DNA of 64,000 bases from Eledone cirrhosa (GCA_964016885.1 OZ024758.1:2418001-2482000), one strand, 5' to 3'; positions 13,658 to 28,885 are shown, numbered from the stretch's first letter. Program-made: numbers and translations. Notes: generated by a model from the sequence alone, not told the origin.

Positions 13658-14257
13658 TTATTAAGCCAATGCACGGTGACATATTAATATAATTTCTAAA
13701 TTCAAAAACAAAAAAACTCACAACAAACAGAAACCTTATTATGGGGGGTAATTTAGAAGTGGTTTCTTACAAGTTCTCTAACCACTGACAATTCATGTAG
13801 CTCTCACTCTATGCTCATTCCTTTAGAGAGGCTGGTAATATTTCCTTGGCAATATATTTTGTTTCTCTTTCAATTTTTCTAGCTTTTAGTAATGGCAAAT
13901 TTCCCTTTGATAATTGCTTCTTTGTTTTTGTCACAGCTAGCTTCAAGATTTTACCTCCCCTATTAAAAAGTCGGAATCCCACTTCCGTGGGCCATTATCA
14001 GTTTAACCTTCAACACAAATCAATCTAAATCATAGCTCTGAAAGTAATTAATGTTAATATATAGTTTCAGTTAATAATTTGTTGTTTTCTTATTGTCAAC
14101 AGCAATAGCTGATAATGAAATAAATGGTGATAAATAGTTATTTAATAAGTTTCAGAACTTTCACTGACATAAATTATAGAAGTTTATTGTTAGGATTCAT
14201 GGGACTGTTTGTAGAAATATGTCAGTTATTGATATAACAGACGAAGGAATCTCAACA

Positions 14258-15505
14258 CTGCTGTTGTTGTTGCTGTTGTTGATGTTGTAGTTGTTGTAGT
14301 TGGTGCTGTTGTAGTTGTTGTAGTTGTTGTAGTTGGTGTTGTTGATGTTGTTGCTGTTGTTGATGTTGTTGCTGTTGTAGTTGTTGTAGTTGTTGTAGTT
14401 GATGTTGTTGATGTTGTTGATGTTGTTGCTGTTGTAGTTGATGACGAGAAGGAGGAGGAGGAGGTGGTGGTGGTGGTGGTCGGGGTGATGGTGGCAGTAG
14501 TGGTGTGTGGTGGTGGTGGTGGCGATGGCGGCGATAGCGATGGCGGCGATAGTGGTGGCGACGATAGCGGTGGAGGCGTCAGTGGTGGTGTGTGGTGATG
14601 GTGGTGGTGGTGGTAGTGGTGGTGTGTGGTGGTGGTGGTGGTGGGGATAGTGGTGGTGGTGGTGTGTGGTGGTGGTGGTGGTGGTGTGTGGTGGTGGTGG
14701 TGTGTGGTGATAGTGGTGGTGATAGTGGTGGTGATAGTGGTGGTGGTGGTGTGCGGTGGTGGTGGTGGTGATAGTGGTGGTGATGGTAGTGGTGGTGTGT
14801 GGTGGTGGTAGTGGTGATGGTAGTGGTGGTGTGTGGTGGTGGTGGTGGTGATGGTAGTGGTGGTGGTGGTGTGCGGTGGTGGTGGTGGTGATAGTGGTGG
14901 TGATGGTAGTGGTGGCGGTGATGATAGTGGTGGTGATGGTAGTGGTGGTGTGTGGTGGTGGTGGTGGTGATAGTGGTGGTGATAGTAGTGGTGGTGGTGG
15001 TGATAGTGGTGGGGATGGTAATGGTGGTGGTGGTGATGATAGTTGTGGTGATGGTAGTGGTGGTGTGTGGTGGTGGTGGTGGTGGTGATGGTAGTGGTGG
15101 TGGTGGTGATAGTGGTGGGGATGGTAATGGTGGTGGTGGTGATGATAGTTGTGGTGATGGTAGTGGTGGTGTGTGGTGGTGGTGGTGATGATAGTTGTGG
15201 TGATGGTAGTGGTGGTGTGTGGTGGTAGTGGTGGTGATGGTAGTGGTGGTGGTGGTGATAGTTGTGGTGATGGTAGTGGTGGTGTGTGGTGGTAGTGGTG
15301 GTGATAGTGGTGGTGGTGGTGTGTGGTGGTGGTAGTGGTGGTGGTGGTGTGTGGTGTTGGTGGTGGTAGTGGTGGTGTGTGGTGGTAGTGGTAGTGATAG
15401 TGGTGGTGGTGGTGTGTGGTGTTGGTGGTGGTAGTGGTGGTGTGTGGTGGTAATGGTAGTGATAGTGGTGGTGGTGGTGTGTGGTGTTGGTGGTGGTAGT
15501 GTTGT
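14258..15505. repeat. (GTT/GAT)n then (GGT)n degenerate trinucleotide block
   Basis: Direct inspection; source of the spurious 448-aa ORF. Confidence 0.92.
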
Positions 15506-15828
15506 TTAGCGCCAAGCTTGCCCTGGTGTTTCCATTAGTCTTTCCACTGCTGATACAATCTAACAGTCGCAACTGCTGGTAGAAGGAGCAACGTGAAATA
15601 AAGTGTCTTGCTCAAGGACATAACACATCACCCTGCCTAGAAATCGAACTCGCAACCTCACGACTGTGGATCCAATTCTATAACCATTAAGCCACACGGT
15701 TTCATTAGATTGAATTATGGTGAGAAAATAACTATTACAGTACTATATGTATTTAATAAAATATATATCTACACAGAAACAATACAGCATTTGAGTGAAA
15801 GTACGTATGTAAACATATATACACTGAC

Positions 15829-16022
15829 GAATGGCTTAGTGGTTAGAACATTGGACTTGCAATCGGAAGGTTGTGAGTTCGATTCTCGGACCGGGCTTTG
15901 CGTTGTATCCTTGAGCAAGACACTTTATTTCACGTTGCTCCAGTTTACTCAGCTGTAGAAATGAGTTGCGATGTCACTGGTGCCAAGATATATCAGCCAT
16001 TACCTTTCTCTTGGACAACACT
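15829..16022 (+). mobile_element. CORE-like tRNA SINE; other copies 15573-15700 (-), 36847-36960 (+), 48404-48590 (+), 50700-50815 (-)
   Basis: A-box TGGCTTAGTGG, B-box GAGTTCGATTC, CORE-like GTATCCTTGAGCAAGACACTTTATTTCAC. Confidence 0.78.
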
Positions 16023-16415
16023 ATATATGGTATATATATATAATATATATACAGTGTATATATGAGTTGCGATGTCACTTGTGCCAAGCTGTATCAGCCA
16101 TTACCTTTCTCTTGGACAACACCATATATAGTATATATATATAATATATATGTTTGTTGGTTCACCACTGGATAGAACTGGTCATTCCGTATAGTCAACC
16201 TTGATGTAATATTAGGGAGAGCACTCGACGTAATGCAACTCACCCGTCTTCGTTTGTATTGTTGGTGGTGCGAGTACGGAGTTAATTATTATAATATATA
16301 TATTTAATTATAAATTGAACAACACAAAATATAACTACTCCATTACCAAAGGTTTCAGGAACACAGACGATAATAATATACGCCTGGAGTTTGGATCGGT
16401 CGTCAATCAGAGATG

Positions 16416-16479
16416 CCATCTGACGAACGATCTAGACGTATATTATTACCGTCTGTAATCCAGAAACATTTGGTAATGG
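16416..16479 (+). ncRNA. Type I hammerhead motif, right arm of an inverted pair spanning 16321-16500
   Basis: CCAT-CTGACGA-[AGACG..CGTCT stem II]-GAAAC-ATTTG-GTA-ATGG; related copy at 35190-35280. Confidence 0.6.
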
Positions 16480-16577
16480 AGTAGTTATATTTTCTGTTGT
16501 TCAATTTCTAATTAAATATCTCTGTTCTATATAGAGAGCCCTCTTTTTATCCTTTGCTTTTCCTTCGGAATTACCTA

Positions 16578-16731
<154 letters not shown>

Positions 16732-19150
16732 GGTATATGAATGTGTGTGTGTATTTGTACACATGCATGTGTGTGAAATGATATTCTAAGTGAAGATTTC
16801 ACCCATCGTATGAGATCAAATGTAAAAGACCTGGCATTAGAATTTCTTAGGCCGTTGTGGTTCGATGTGAATGATTGGAATGAGACATATTAGATAAATC
16901 TCAAGATGTAAACTAGACTAAACTGTACTTATTTCCTACCTGGCAGTGGCATGGCGAAGATACTTTCAAGAAATTCCTACCTTTCCCCTACTGTCCCGGA
17001 GTAAAGTCCATTGTGATTAAATTTCAGCTCAAAGATTCGTAAACCAAAATTGCCAGACATTGTTCAAGTTATTTGTGTGACGATGGGCGTGTTGTCCACA
17101 CGTCCGACAATGAATGTGGTTTGATCGAAGTCTTTTCAGTGTTAACGCCGTTAAGGATTTATTACGATTTTAAATCTACATTTCAGAGTTTACTCTTTCA
17201 TGAAACCTAACGTACAAATGATTTATATAACGTATTTTCTTTCTTCTATCTGCTTCTTACCATCTGATGTCATTGGTTAGTTGTCCCCAAAGAAAAAAAG
17301 AAATGCAAACGGTATTTTTGTTTAGTTGTTTGTATTTTTTGTGTTTTCGTTCGTTTCCCGAGAGTTGGATACAGCTCATATCACCTGTCTGTTTTATTCA
17401 TGGGTGGTTTATTTGATTCCATACGTTGGTTGCTTGCTGTCAAGGCCCATAAACCTCCTGAAAATACCAGCCATCAGTTTGGGTACGAAAAACAACAGCG
17501 CCATAAATATACAATTGCACAAGATATTTAGCTTTGTCTGGTTTACCACAAAGTGACTGTTATTGGTCATGACCACTCTTTTATTCCACCATATGGTTGT
17601 TACTGTTGTTACTGTCACTGAGTGTGATTACTGTTAGTATCGCTATAACTGTACTTCAGTCGACATAACATACATACACACTAGATGACAGAATTTAAAT
17701 AAAATTTCGATCAATATCTTACAGCATTTATACCCGGAGTGCTCCAACCAAAGATCTGCAGTTGACATCAACAATATAAGTCAAATTTAAAGAACACTTG
17801 TCAAATTTCCTTTTATTTTTCTTCCTTGTCTGAATATTTGCTGACATTAAAGGGAACTTATTGAACTAAAGGACTTATCGTAATTTTCTCACCATTGCCT
17901 AATTTGAATTTAATGATTCTAATGTAAATAGAGAACAATTTTCGAATTACAATTAGAAAGGTTAGATTTTTAGCAATATATTCAACAAACTCCAAGTTCG
18001 AAATTCTATGTTATGAGTTTAATATGATATTTTGACATATAAAATACATAATTCAATATCATTAACCCTCAAAGGTTGAGTATGTTACCCTAGTCACAAA
18101 AACAAAAACAAATTCAAATTCAAATTCTATTTTTTATATAAATTTTATGGCTTTTTGAAGACCTTCCCTCTCTCACAAAACTTTCAGTAAATTGTTCATT
18201 AGCCAATCCTGAACTTAAAGACAAATGTTCTCTTTCGTATGATTCAATATCAATAATTATTTCTAAAAAAAACATGGCAGCGATTTGGCCGAGTTGAGAA
18301 AGCGTCGGATAGAATAGGACCTGTGTTCAAAACTTACTGGAGTCAATTTTGTTTTTCATCCTTTGAAGGTTGATAATATAGCAAACCAGTGAAGAGGATT
18401 TCATCGGACATGATGCCTTTTGATATCTGTTCCTGTTCTTTGCATTCTGGGTTCAAATTCTGCCAAAATGCTGGTGACCAGAGCTAATCACCCAACCAGA
18501 GAAGTAACCTATTCGTCTTGTACTTAGCCAGCAGTGACATATGGGCCTAAAACTAGCAGAGTTACAGAGGCTCAACAAAATAAAAAATTGACCTGTTTAC
18601 TGATATTTTCACTCGCTAAATTAACAACATTGCTAGAAAAACTAATAAAATCAAAGAGATATCAACTAAAATCTTTCACGGATCTCTTTTCAAAGAACAT
18701 TAGATAACTTTACTCATCACGATAACAAAATTAAAAATTGGCCTGTTCACTGAAAATTTCGTAGATTGGCACTTGAAACAAAACAAACACCGTTGGAGGA
18801 ATAAACAACTCCAAAAGACAAAAATGGAACATCAATAAGTTTATAGAATTTCACAGTGAAGGTTAGTTCCAAGAAATCTAGAAGCAGGAAGTTCCCATTA
18901 AGTACCTTCTAAACATAATACAGAAAGCTTCAATTAACAATACACATAGGCCGTACAAAACCATAACTGAACACATTCGCTGCATTATTGTTAATTTTGT
19001 AAATGATACCGAAGCAAACAGGACACTACTTTATTTAAATATATATTTTCTATTTTTTAATATATCTTTTCTATACAATCTAGCCGCCAAGTAGTATGTA
19101 GCTGGTTAAAAATTCCAGGCAGGGGGAGAAGCCATTCATATATGCATGAA

Positions 19151-19251
<101 letters not shown>

Positions 19252-19489
19252 TATAAAGAGTCGGGATCCCAACGGCTGAGCTGTTGCAGTTTCAACTGCT
19301 AGTTTCAGACTATATTTATATATATGTGTTTGGTCGTTCACCACTGGATAGAACTGGTCATTCCGTGTAGTCAATCGTGATGTATTAGGAAAAGCACACG
19401 ACGTTATGCAACTCATCCATTTTTGATGTTGAATCTTTGAAGGAATTTCACCAGACCGGCCTCCTGTCATTTTACACAATTATAAATGT

Positions 19490-19573
<84 letters not shown>

Positions 19574-20614
19574 GTATATATATATATATATATACACATA
19601 TATATATACCGACAGAGATCTAAATACATAGAAGGAACTTGGCGTATGCAATGATCAACTTGATATTTGGACATAATTTAATGGCCGCTTATATGAAGAC
19701 AACAGATCATATGGAAAAGATGATCTACAGATGCAGGTAACATTACCTATATGTATTTCTATAAAAATATCTAAAAGTTACATAAACAAATTAGTTAAAC
19801 AACACTTCATACACACGCACCACGTATTAGCCAATAATTAAGTATGTGGCAGTGCCCCAGTATGGCCTCAGAACGCGGATAAATAAATAAATAAATAAAT
19901 AAATAAATATCTATGCTCACATATATTGTAAAATTAAGCAAACATTCAGAAAATAAATCTTAAACGGAGAATATCTTTGAATTCAATTACGACTCAGATT
20001 GATCGAGATATTTCAGAGAATATTTAATGAACTTAATAAAATTACTACCATTAAAAATATAATGAGCTGGGGGGAGGGGTAGAAGAGTGCTGGACGCCAT
20101 GCTTTGCGGCAGGTAGTTACGGCTCTTTACATTCTGAGTTCAAATCCCGCCGAGGTTAACTTTGCCTTTCATCCTTACGGTGGTGATAAAATAAAGTACC
20201 AGTAATATACTGGGGTCGATTTAATCGACTTTCCCCCCTCTCCCTCAAATTGCTGGCCTTGTGTCTATATCAGAAACCGTAATTAAGGCAGACTTCAGAG
20301 TTGTTAGTATGATAAAATAAAGTACCAGTGATAAAATAAAGTACCAGTAACGCACTTTCCCTTTCCATTGAAATCGACGGTTCTGCGCCAAATGTAGAAA
20401 CAATTAAAAGTAGAACCATCCTCATTACTATACTCTCAGTATAACAGGGAGATACTATCTTAATAAAGAGTTATACGAGACATGTATATATAATTTGAGT
20501 CGAAATATTTTAGTTTTATACATAGACTGAAATATTAAAGGTCAGTATTATAATGTAATTATATATAACTAAACTGTTTAGAGTTAGCAACGTCTCAAAG
20601 AAGTTGTTTTGCTA

Positions 20615-20860
20615 TGGCCTTGAGCGCGTCGCCGTGGACTTGAGCGCGTCTTCGCGGCCTTGAGCGCGTCGCCGTGGACTTGAGCGCGTCGTCGTGAACT
20701 TGAGCGCGCCGCCGTGGACTTGAGCGCGTCGCCGTGGACTTGAGCGCGTCGCCGTAGACTTGAGCGCGTCGCCGTCGACTTGAGCGCGTCGCCGTGGACT
20801 TGAGCGCGTCGTCGCGGCCTTGAGCGCGTCGCCGTGGACTTGAGCGCCTCGCCGTGGTCT
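20615..20860. repeat. CpG-rich 20-bp minisatellite (TGAGCGCGTCGCCGTGGACT x12)
   Basis: Direct inspection; units abut without spacers. Confidence 0.95.
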
Positions 20861-21237
20861 AAATACATGGTGAGTATTTAAATATATTTTATTCTACTGA
20901 CTATTATAACTACCAATATATGGTAGAAGTTGTGTTGCTATGGAACTATGTGACTCATACTACTTCATTACATATATCTGCGCAATAAAATTAATTATAT
21001 TATACATTATTAACTATTAATGCTACGATGATATTAAAAATATTGTATTTCTTTGTACCTATGAACCTGATCGAATATTTACGGCAAATCGTTCCTCGTC
21101 TGATTGAATTCAGGTTAAACTTACATAAACCCAGTACATATCTATATACATACATACATCTATATATATATATTGGGTCGTCAAGTAGGAAATTTGTAGA
21201 AATTTGTATTTTTCTACAAATTTACATACTTGACGAC

Positions 21238-21345
<108 letters not shown>

Positions 21346-21496
21346 ATATATATATATATATAGTTTTGCGAGGTTTTTTATATGAAATCGTGTGTTGAAA
21401 CAAATATTGTTATACTTGGGGAGGGTCATATTTATGTAATAATATTGCCAGAATTATTGGCAATATTATTACACAAATATGACCCTCCCCAAGTAT

Positions 21497-21556
<60 letters not shown>

Positions 21557-21754
21557 CGAAGGAAATGTGGTAAGGAACCAGGTGGACCATAACGCACCAA
21601 AGTACTCAATACTTAGGGTAGTAGAGTGGGTAATAGGAACGAGTAGGACCCCGACGGCTGAGCTCAAGCCGTTTCGACGGCTAATTCTGGACATAATTAG
21701 TCCAGAATTAGCCGTCGAAACGGCTTGAGATCAGCCGTCGGGGTCCTACTCGTT

Positions 21755-21797
<43 letters not shown>

Positions 21798-22015
21798 AAG
21801 GTATTTTATAGACAAAGGTATTAATGGAAAATTATAATTCTTTCATAAAAAAAAACCATATTTATTCTTTTACAATCGTTTGAGATATGACTTCTTCAAA
21901 CGCTTATATATTATATAAACAGATTAATCCATTCCTTTTTCTTAATTACATACTATCATTTTATTTTTTTACTTTCCTTTAAGAATTGTTAATATATAAT
22001 ATAATTCTACCTTTT

Positions 22016-22051
<36 letters not shown>

Positions 22052-22328
22052 TTATAGGGAGTTTAACCTGGAGTGACGGATTATTGATCGGGTAAGATCG
22101 ATGCAGATCGAACCGTGAGCTGATCAGTGGCGAAACGTGCGTCACCTACCAATAAATGTAACGAAGGAGTAACCAATCGTCCTTGTTATCTTTTCAATAT
22201 ATATATGTATATATATATATAAAGTGTCGGGACCCCAACTTTCATATTACCCACTCTACTATCCCAAGTAATGGTCTCAACATTTTTTTACTGCCTCCAT
22301 ATTGATATATATATACACACAAACACAC

Positions 22329-22407
<79 letters not shown>

Positions 22408-22958
22408 AACGAGTAGGACCCCGACGGCTGAGCTCAAGCCGTTTCGACGGCTAGAATTAGCCGTCGAAACGGCTTGAGCTCAGCCGTCGGGATCCTACTC
22501 GTTCCTATTACCCACTCTACTACCCTAAGTATTGAGTACTTTGGTGCGTTATGGTCCACCTGGTTCCTTACCACATTTCCTCCGTTATATATATATATAA
22601 GCCACCGAGACAGCTACAAAAGTATAAATAAAATTAATAATTATAAAACTACTTTCAAAATCAAAGTTAAAAAGAAGCGATGTCGTTCATGGCTTTCCTA
22701 GAGTTATTAGTCATATTTAGGGGCGACTTGTCAATATCTATATATCTACTATAAAGTTATATCTGTATAAATACAGAGTGTATAATCGCGACTACATCAA
22801 TATGTATATATACACATATATACACACATATACATCAATGTATATACACATAATTGATATGTAAGGTTGAAAACAAACCAAAAAATACGAATTTCCCTGT
22901 AAAATGAAAAAAAAAATAAAAAGACATCTTTAATTGACTTTTTTGGATCTTATTGGAC

Positions 22959-23005
<47 letters not shown>

Positions 23006-23198
23006 AAAAGAGTCAGGACAGGTGTCGAAACGGCCGGAGCTCAGCCGTCGGGGTCCTAACTCTTTTCCTATTACCCACTTTACAACCCTATGTATCGAAT
23101 ACTCCGATGCGTTATGGCCCACCTGGTTTCTTACCTCACACTCTCTCTCTATACATACATATATATATATATATACGAGATATATATATATATATACA

Positions 23199-23261
<63 letters not shown>

Positions 23262-23361
23262 AGGACGTACTGTTGAACTTAATTCAGTACCTCTGAAATA
23301 TGTATAATAAAATTTAATTGATCGCAAGAATATCTATTTTGTTAATATTTGAATTAATATA

Positions 23362-23433
<72 letters not shown>

Positions 23434-23554
23434 TATATATATATACATTTATATATACACAGGACAATCTGACTCGATTTGAGAATCTGTTAGGTGAAAC
23501 GCGCGTCCTCGAGTATGGTTTGCTAATTGGCTGTGGAACTAACTTTATACATAC

Positions 23555-23611
<57 letters not shown>

Positions 23612-24081
23612 TGTGTGCGCGTGTGTGTGAGTGTGTATACACACATGTATATATATATATATATATATATATAGGAACAAGTAAGACCCCGACGGCTGAG
23701 CTCAAGCCGTTTCGACGGCTAATTCCAGAATTAGCCGTCGAAACGGCTTGAGCTCAGCCGTCGGGGTCTTACTTGTTCCTATTACCCACTCTACTACCCT
23801 AAGTATTGAGTACTTTGGTGCGTTATGGTCCACCTGGTTCCTTACCACATTTCCTTCGTTATATATATATATATATAAATATCACCAAACATCGTATATA
23901 TCGAAGCAAGCCGAACTCTCGGACTTTTACGAAGCGCTGAGAGAATGAAGTTAATTCAAAATATATTGTACTCAAGCAAGGAGATGCCTTAGAATAGCTT
24001 ATAACTTATAAAATATATGGGTTCGATTCCTCCTAGTGGTCGATGAAAACTTCTCTTTCCGTCCTTAAGGGTCATCACTCT

Positions 24082-24161
<80 letters not shown>

Positions 24162-24863
24162 GGATGAACACCTATACAATTATACATGTGTTCGAATTGC
24201 AAATGACCAAGTTAGCTAGGTTGAAAAATACTAATTTAACATAATATGGTTTGCCTGTAAAAGACTATTTCGAGTTTATAACTCAATATTTGATATATAT
24301 ATATGTATGTATATATATAATATGTATGTATGTATGTATGTATATATATATATAATTGTTTCTACTTTTGGCACAAAGCCAGCAATTACCCAGTGCATTA
24401 CTGGTACTTAATTTTATCGACCCCGTAAGGATGAAAGGCAAAGTTAACCTCAGCGGGATTTGAACTCAGAATGGCAAGATATTATACGAAAGATATATTC
24501 TTTATATCATCAGTATTTATTTCATTATATATATATGACGAAGATGTAAACTTTTACGTATAACATAAAGCAAAACATGTTCTCCTCAGATAAAATACAT
24601 AGAAAATGTATAATTGTTTTCCTGATATGCTGGTAGACAAACGAACTGGACAGATCGATGACCACCATATATGTATGCGAATATATATATATATATATAT
24701 ATAGTAATAATAATAATAAATGTCAAGACTAAAATCCGAAGAGGGCTCGACAATGATAATATATATATATAAAAATAAAATATATATATTATTATTTATA
24801 TATATATATTATTATTTATATATATATTATTATTTATATATATATATATATTATTATTATAAT

Positions 24864-24933
<70 letters not shown>

Positions 24934-25872
24934 TTAGGGATACTATTTATGGTTATGTATATATTAAAACTTTTTATAGTTATGTATATTTTAAACCCTA
25001 AACAGTGAAGTCAGTAATTTATTACTACCTTATTACCAGTAAGATAAACACCTCAATGTAATAACATCAGTTGTTCTACAGAGCAGTTATATAGAATTCA
25101 CAAGAATCAAAGCTATGTTCAAAGCATTTATTCACTTACAATTGTTTCATCCAAACCTAGGGTTGTGGTCTTCGGAGCATTTTTCAATGTTTGTACACAT
25201 AATTGACCTCCTTTCCAACGCAAGAGACATACAGATACATATATATATATTGATGTACAGTGGAGTGACATATATTATACTATACTATTTTTGTACAGCA
25301 ATTCAAATTCAAAATCAAAATCAAAATCAAAATTAAAATCAAAATCAAAATTAAAATACATTCGGCAGATAACAGATAATGCAAGAGGATAGTTTGATAG
25401 TCAGATCTAGTAGGTAGTGTATGCGTTAGTTACACATGGAGCATGCAAGTGTGTCTCATTTTTATACTGGAGTAACCCTCTCATCTCTGAGCTACATCCA
25501 GCGATTCTTTTCTGAGATATTCTAACAAAATGCCCTTAGTATCAAAGCTGTGATCTCTCAATTGGAAAATACAGCGGTTCTACCTGGAGTAACTCTCCAG
25601 CGATTATTTCCTGAGACATTCTAACCACATACCCACCAGAGTACCGGAGCTCTGATCTCTCAATTGGAAAATGTAGCGGCTCTACCTGGAGTGACTCTCT
25701 AGAGATTTTCCCCCGAGATATTCTAACCACATGTCCATAGTACCGGAGTTGTGATCTCTCAATTCGGAGAAGTAGCGACCCTACCCGAAATTTGTCCATA
25801 CTCTGCGGTATTATACCTTCATTGTTGAATGTTTGATTCCGTCTCCTTCACAGACATCTCGATCTTCATAAG

Positions 25873-25925
<53 letters not shown>

Positions 25926-26498
25926 CATACATATGCAGTTAGATGTATATATTCTCATTTTCCAGTCTCCTTCTCAATTTTCAATCTTAATTTTTAAATA
26001 TTTAAACTTTAGTTTTCAATTCATTTTAATTGTAATACTCAACATGTGATAAGATGAATTTTACTAATACATCGACACCGGTTATACTTTATATACATTA
26101 TATACTTTATATACATTACATATTTTATATACTTTATATACCTTATAAAACTCTTTTTTAAAAGAACTATCCCTCTCATTTTTTTAAATAATGTCACTTT
26201 GACAAATCAAAGAAAGAAAAACAAAAAAACATAACCAACTCTAAAATATATTTTCACCTTTTCTCTCTCTATATATATATGTATATACGTAATATCTATA
26301 TATGTATATATGTATATATATATATTATATAAATATATAATCCCGCCGAGGTTCACTTTGCATTTCATCCTTACGGGGTCGATAAAATAAAGTACCAGTA
26401 ATGCACTGGGTAATTGCTGGCCTTGTGCCTAAAGTAGAAACAATTGTATAAATATATATATATATATATATATATACAACGTAATATGTATATATATA

Positions 26499-26569
<71 letters not shown>

Positions 26570-26728
26570 GTAATACGTATGTATAAATATATTACGTATA
26601 TATATATGCATATATAAATATTACTTATATATATATATATATATATATATAAATATATACATATTACGAATATATATATATACGCATATTACGTATATAT
26701 ATATATATACATATATACATATTACGTA

Positions 26729-26766
<38 letters not shown>

Positions 26767-26822
26767 TACATATATATGTATATATATATATACATATATA
26801 CATATATACATATACATATTAC

Positions 26823-26887
<65 letters not shown>

Positions 26888-26906
26888 TACATATATAAAT
26901 ATAACG

Positions 26907-26972
<66 letters not shown>

Positions 26973-27041
26973 TAACGTATATATATATATAAATATTACG
27001 TATATATATATATAGTTATACATAAATACATATATATGTAT

Positions 27042-27089
<48 letters not shown>

Positions 27090-27090
27090 C

Positions 27091-27384
27091 AAAAATACGG
27101 CACAATTATTTCACCTCAATTGGCCCTGCACTCTTTAACATTACACCAAAACACATCAAAGCAGAGACAGACCCCATCAAGTTCAAGAAGTCTTTGGATG
27201 AATTCCTTCAAGAAATCCCGGATAAGTCTCCTACACCCGGATATGCCTCCGTAAACAATAACTCTCTGCCCGAGGGGGCCATGGTGCCCAAACACTGATT
27301 TGTAAGACTTCGCAAGGTGGTGCTATTAAGTTAGACATGGCCTGGGCCAATACTGGCCGAAACCTATCAAAGTTATGAAAGTTA
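27091..27384 (+). mobile_element. CR1/L2-group LINE 3' end
   Basis: [51 protein letters not shown]...NNSL, then 3' hairpin GGCCA-ATAC-TGGCC and AAAGTTAT tail repeats. Confidence 0.78.
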
Positions 27385-27658
27385 TATATATATATATATA
27401 TATTTATGTGTGTACTATGTATTTTTGTGTACTATGTATTTATGTGTAAATGTATATATATATATACGTAATATGTATATATACGTTATATTTATATATA
27501 TATATATATATATATTATATTTATATATATATATATTTATGTATATATATACACATATATATATATATGTATATATATATTACGTATATATAAATATATA
27601 TATACATATTATGTATATATATGTATATATATACATATTATGTATATATATGTATATA

Positions 27659-27707
<49 letters not shown>

Positions 27708-27930
27708 TAAGTATATATATATATATATATACATATTATACATATTACGCATATATATATATATACATATTACGCATATATATATATATACATATTACGT
27801 ATATATATATAAATAAATATTACATATATAAATATATAATATATATATATATAACTTTAATCTGTTATTTTAATAAATATATATATATGTATATACATAT
27901 ATGCATATTACGTATATATATATATACATA

Positions 27931-28054
<124 letters not shown>

Positions 28055-28331
28055 TTATATATATATATTTACATATGTAATATCTATCTATATATACGTA
28101 ATATATATATATATACACATATATATATATGTGCATTATATATATATATATACGCATATATATACATACATATGTAATATGCTTATATATATATGTATGC
28201 ATGCATTATAAATATACATATATACATATACATACATATCTAAAATGTATATATATGAATGCATTATATATATATGTATAATAGTAATATTTATATATCT
28301 ATATATATACACTATGTATAAATAGATATGC

Positions 28332-28383
<52 letters not shown>

Positions 28384-28387
28384 TATT

Positions 28388-28593
<206 letters not shown>

Positions 28594-28693
28594 TAAGTGA
28601 TATAGTCACTACTCTAAATCTGATACCGAATTGTCTTCTAAGCATTTTTATTTAAACATACGGTATATTGCCAAATATACTATTCATACATTC

Positions 28694-28750
<57 letters not shown>

Positions 28751-28797
28751 TATAGATATATATAAAGATATATATATATACATATATATATATATAC

Positions 28798-28885
<88 letters not shown>

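Noticed and set aside
14226-15572. 448-aa Thr/His/Pro-rich ORF resembling a mucin or extensin
   Set aside because: Translation of (ACC)n/(AAC)n repeats that lack stops; non-ATG start and no splice or domain support
18930-18990. Possible GIY-YIG remnant (HIGRTK...EH)
   Set aside because: Too short and frameshifted to support
20615-20860. CRISPR-like regular repeats (also the 31-, 35-, 41- and 56-bp arrays)
   Set aside because: Units are contiguous with no unique spacers, no cas genes, eukaryotic context
25134-25225. Possible minus-strand exon (GGQLCVQTLKNAPKTTTLGLDETI) ending in GTAAGT
   Set aside because: Weak acceptor, no recognisable homology, no partner exons found
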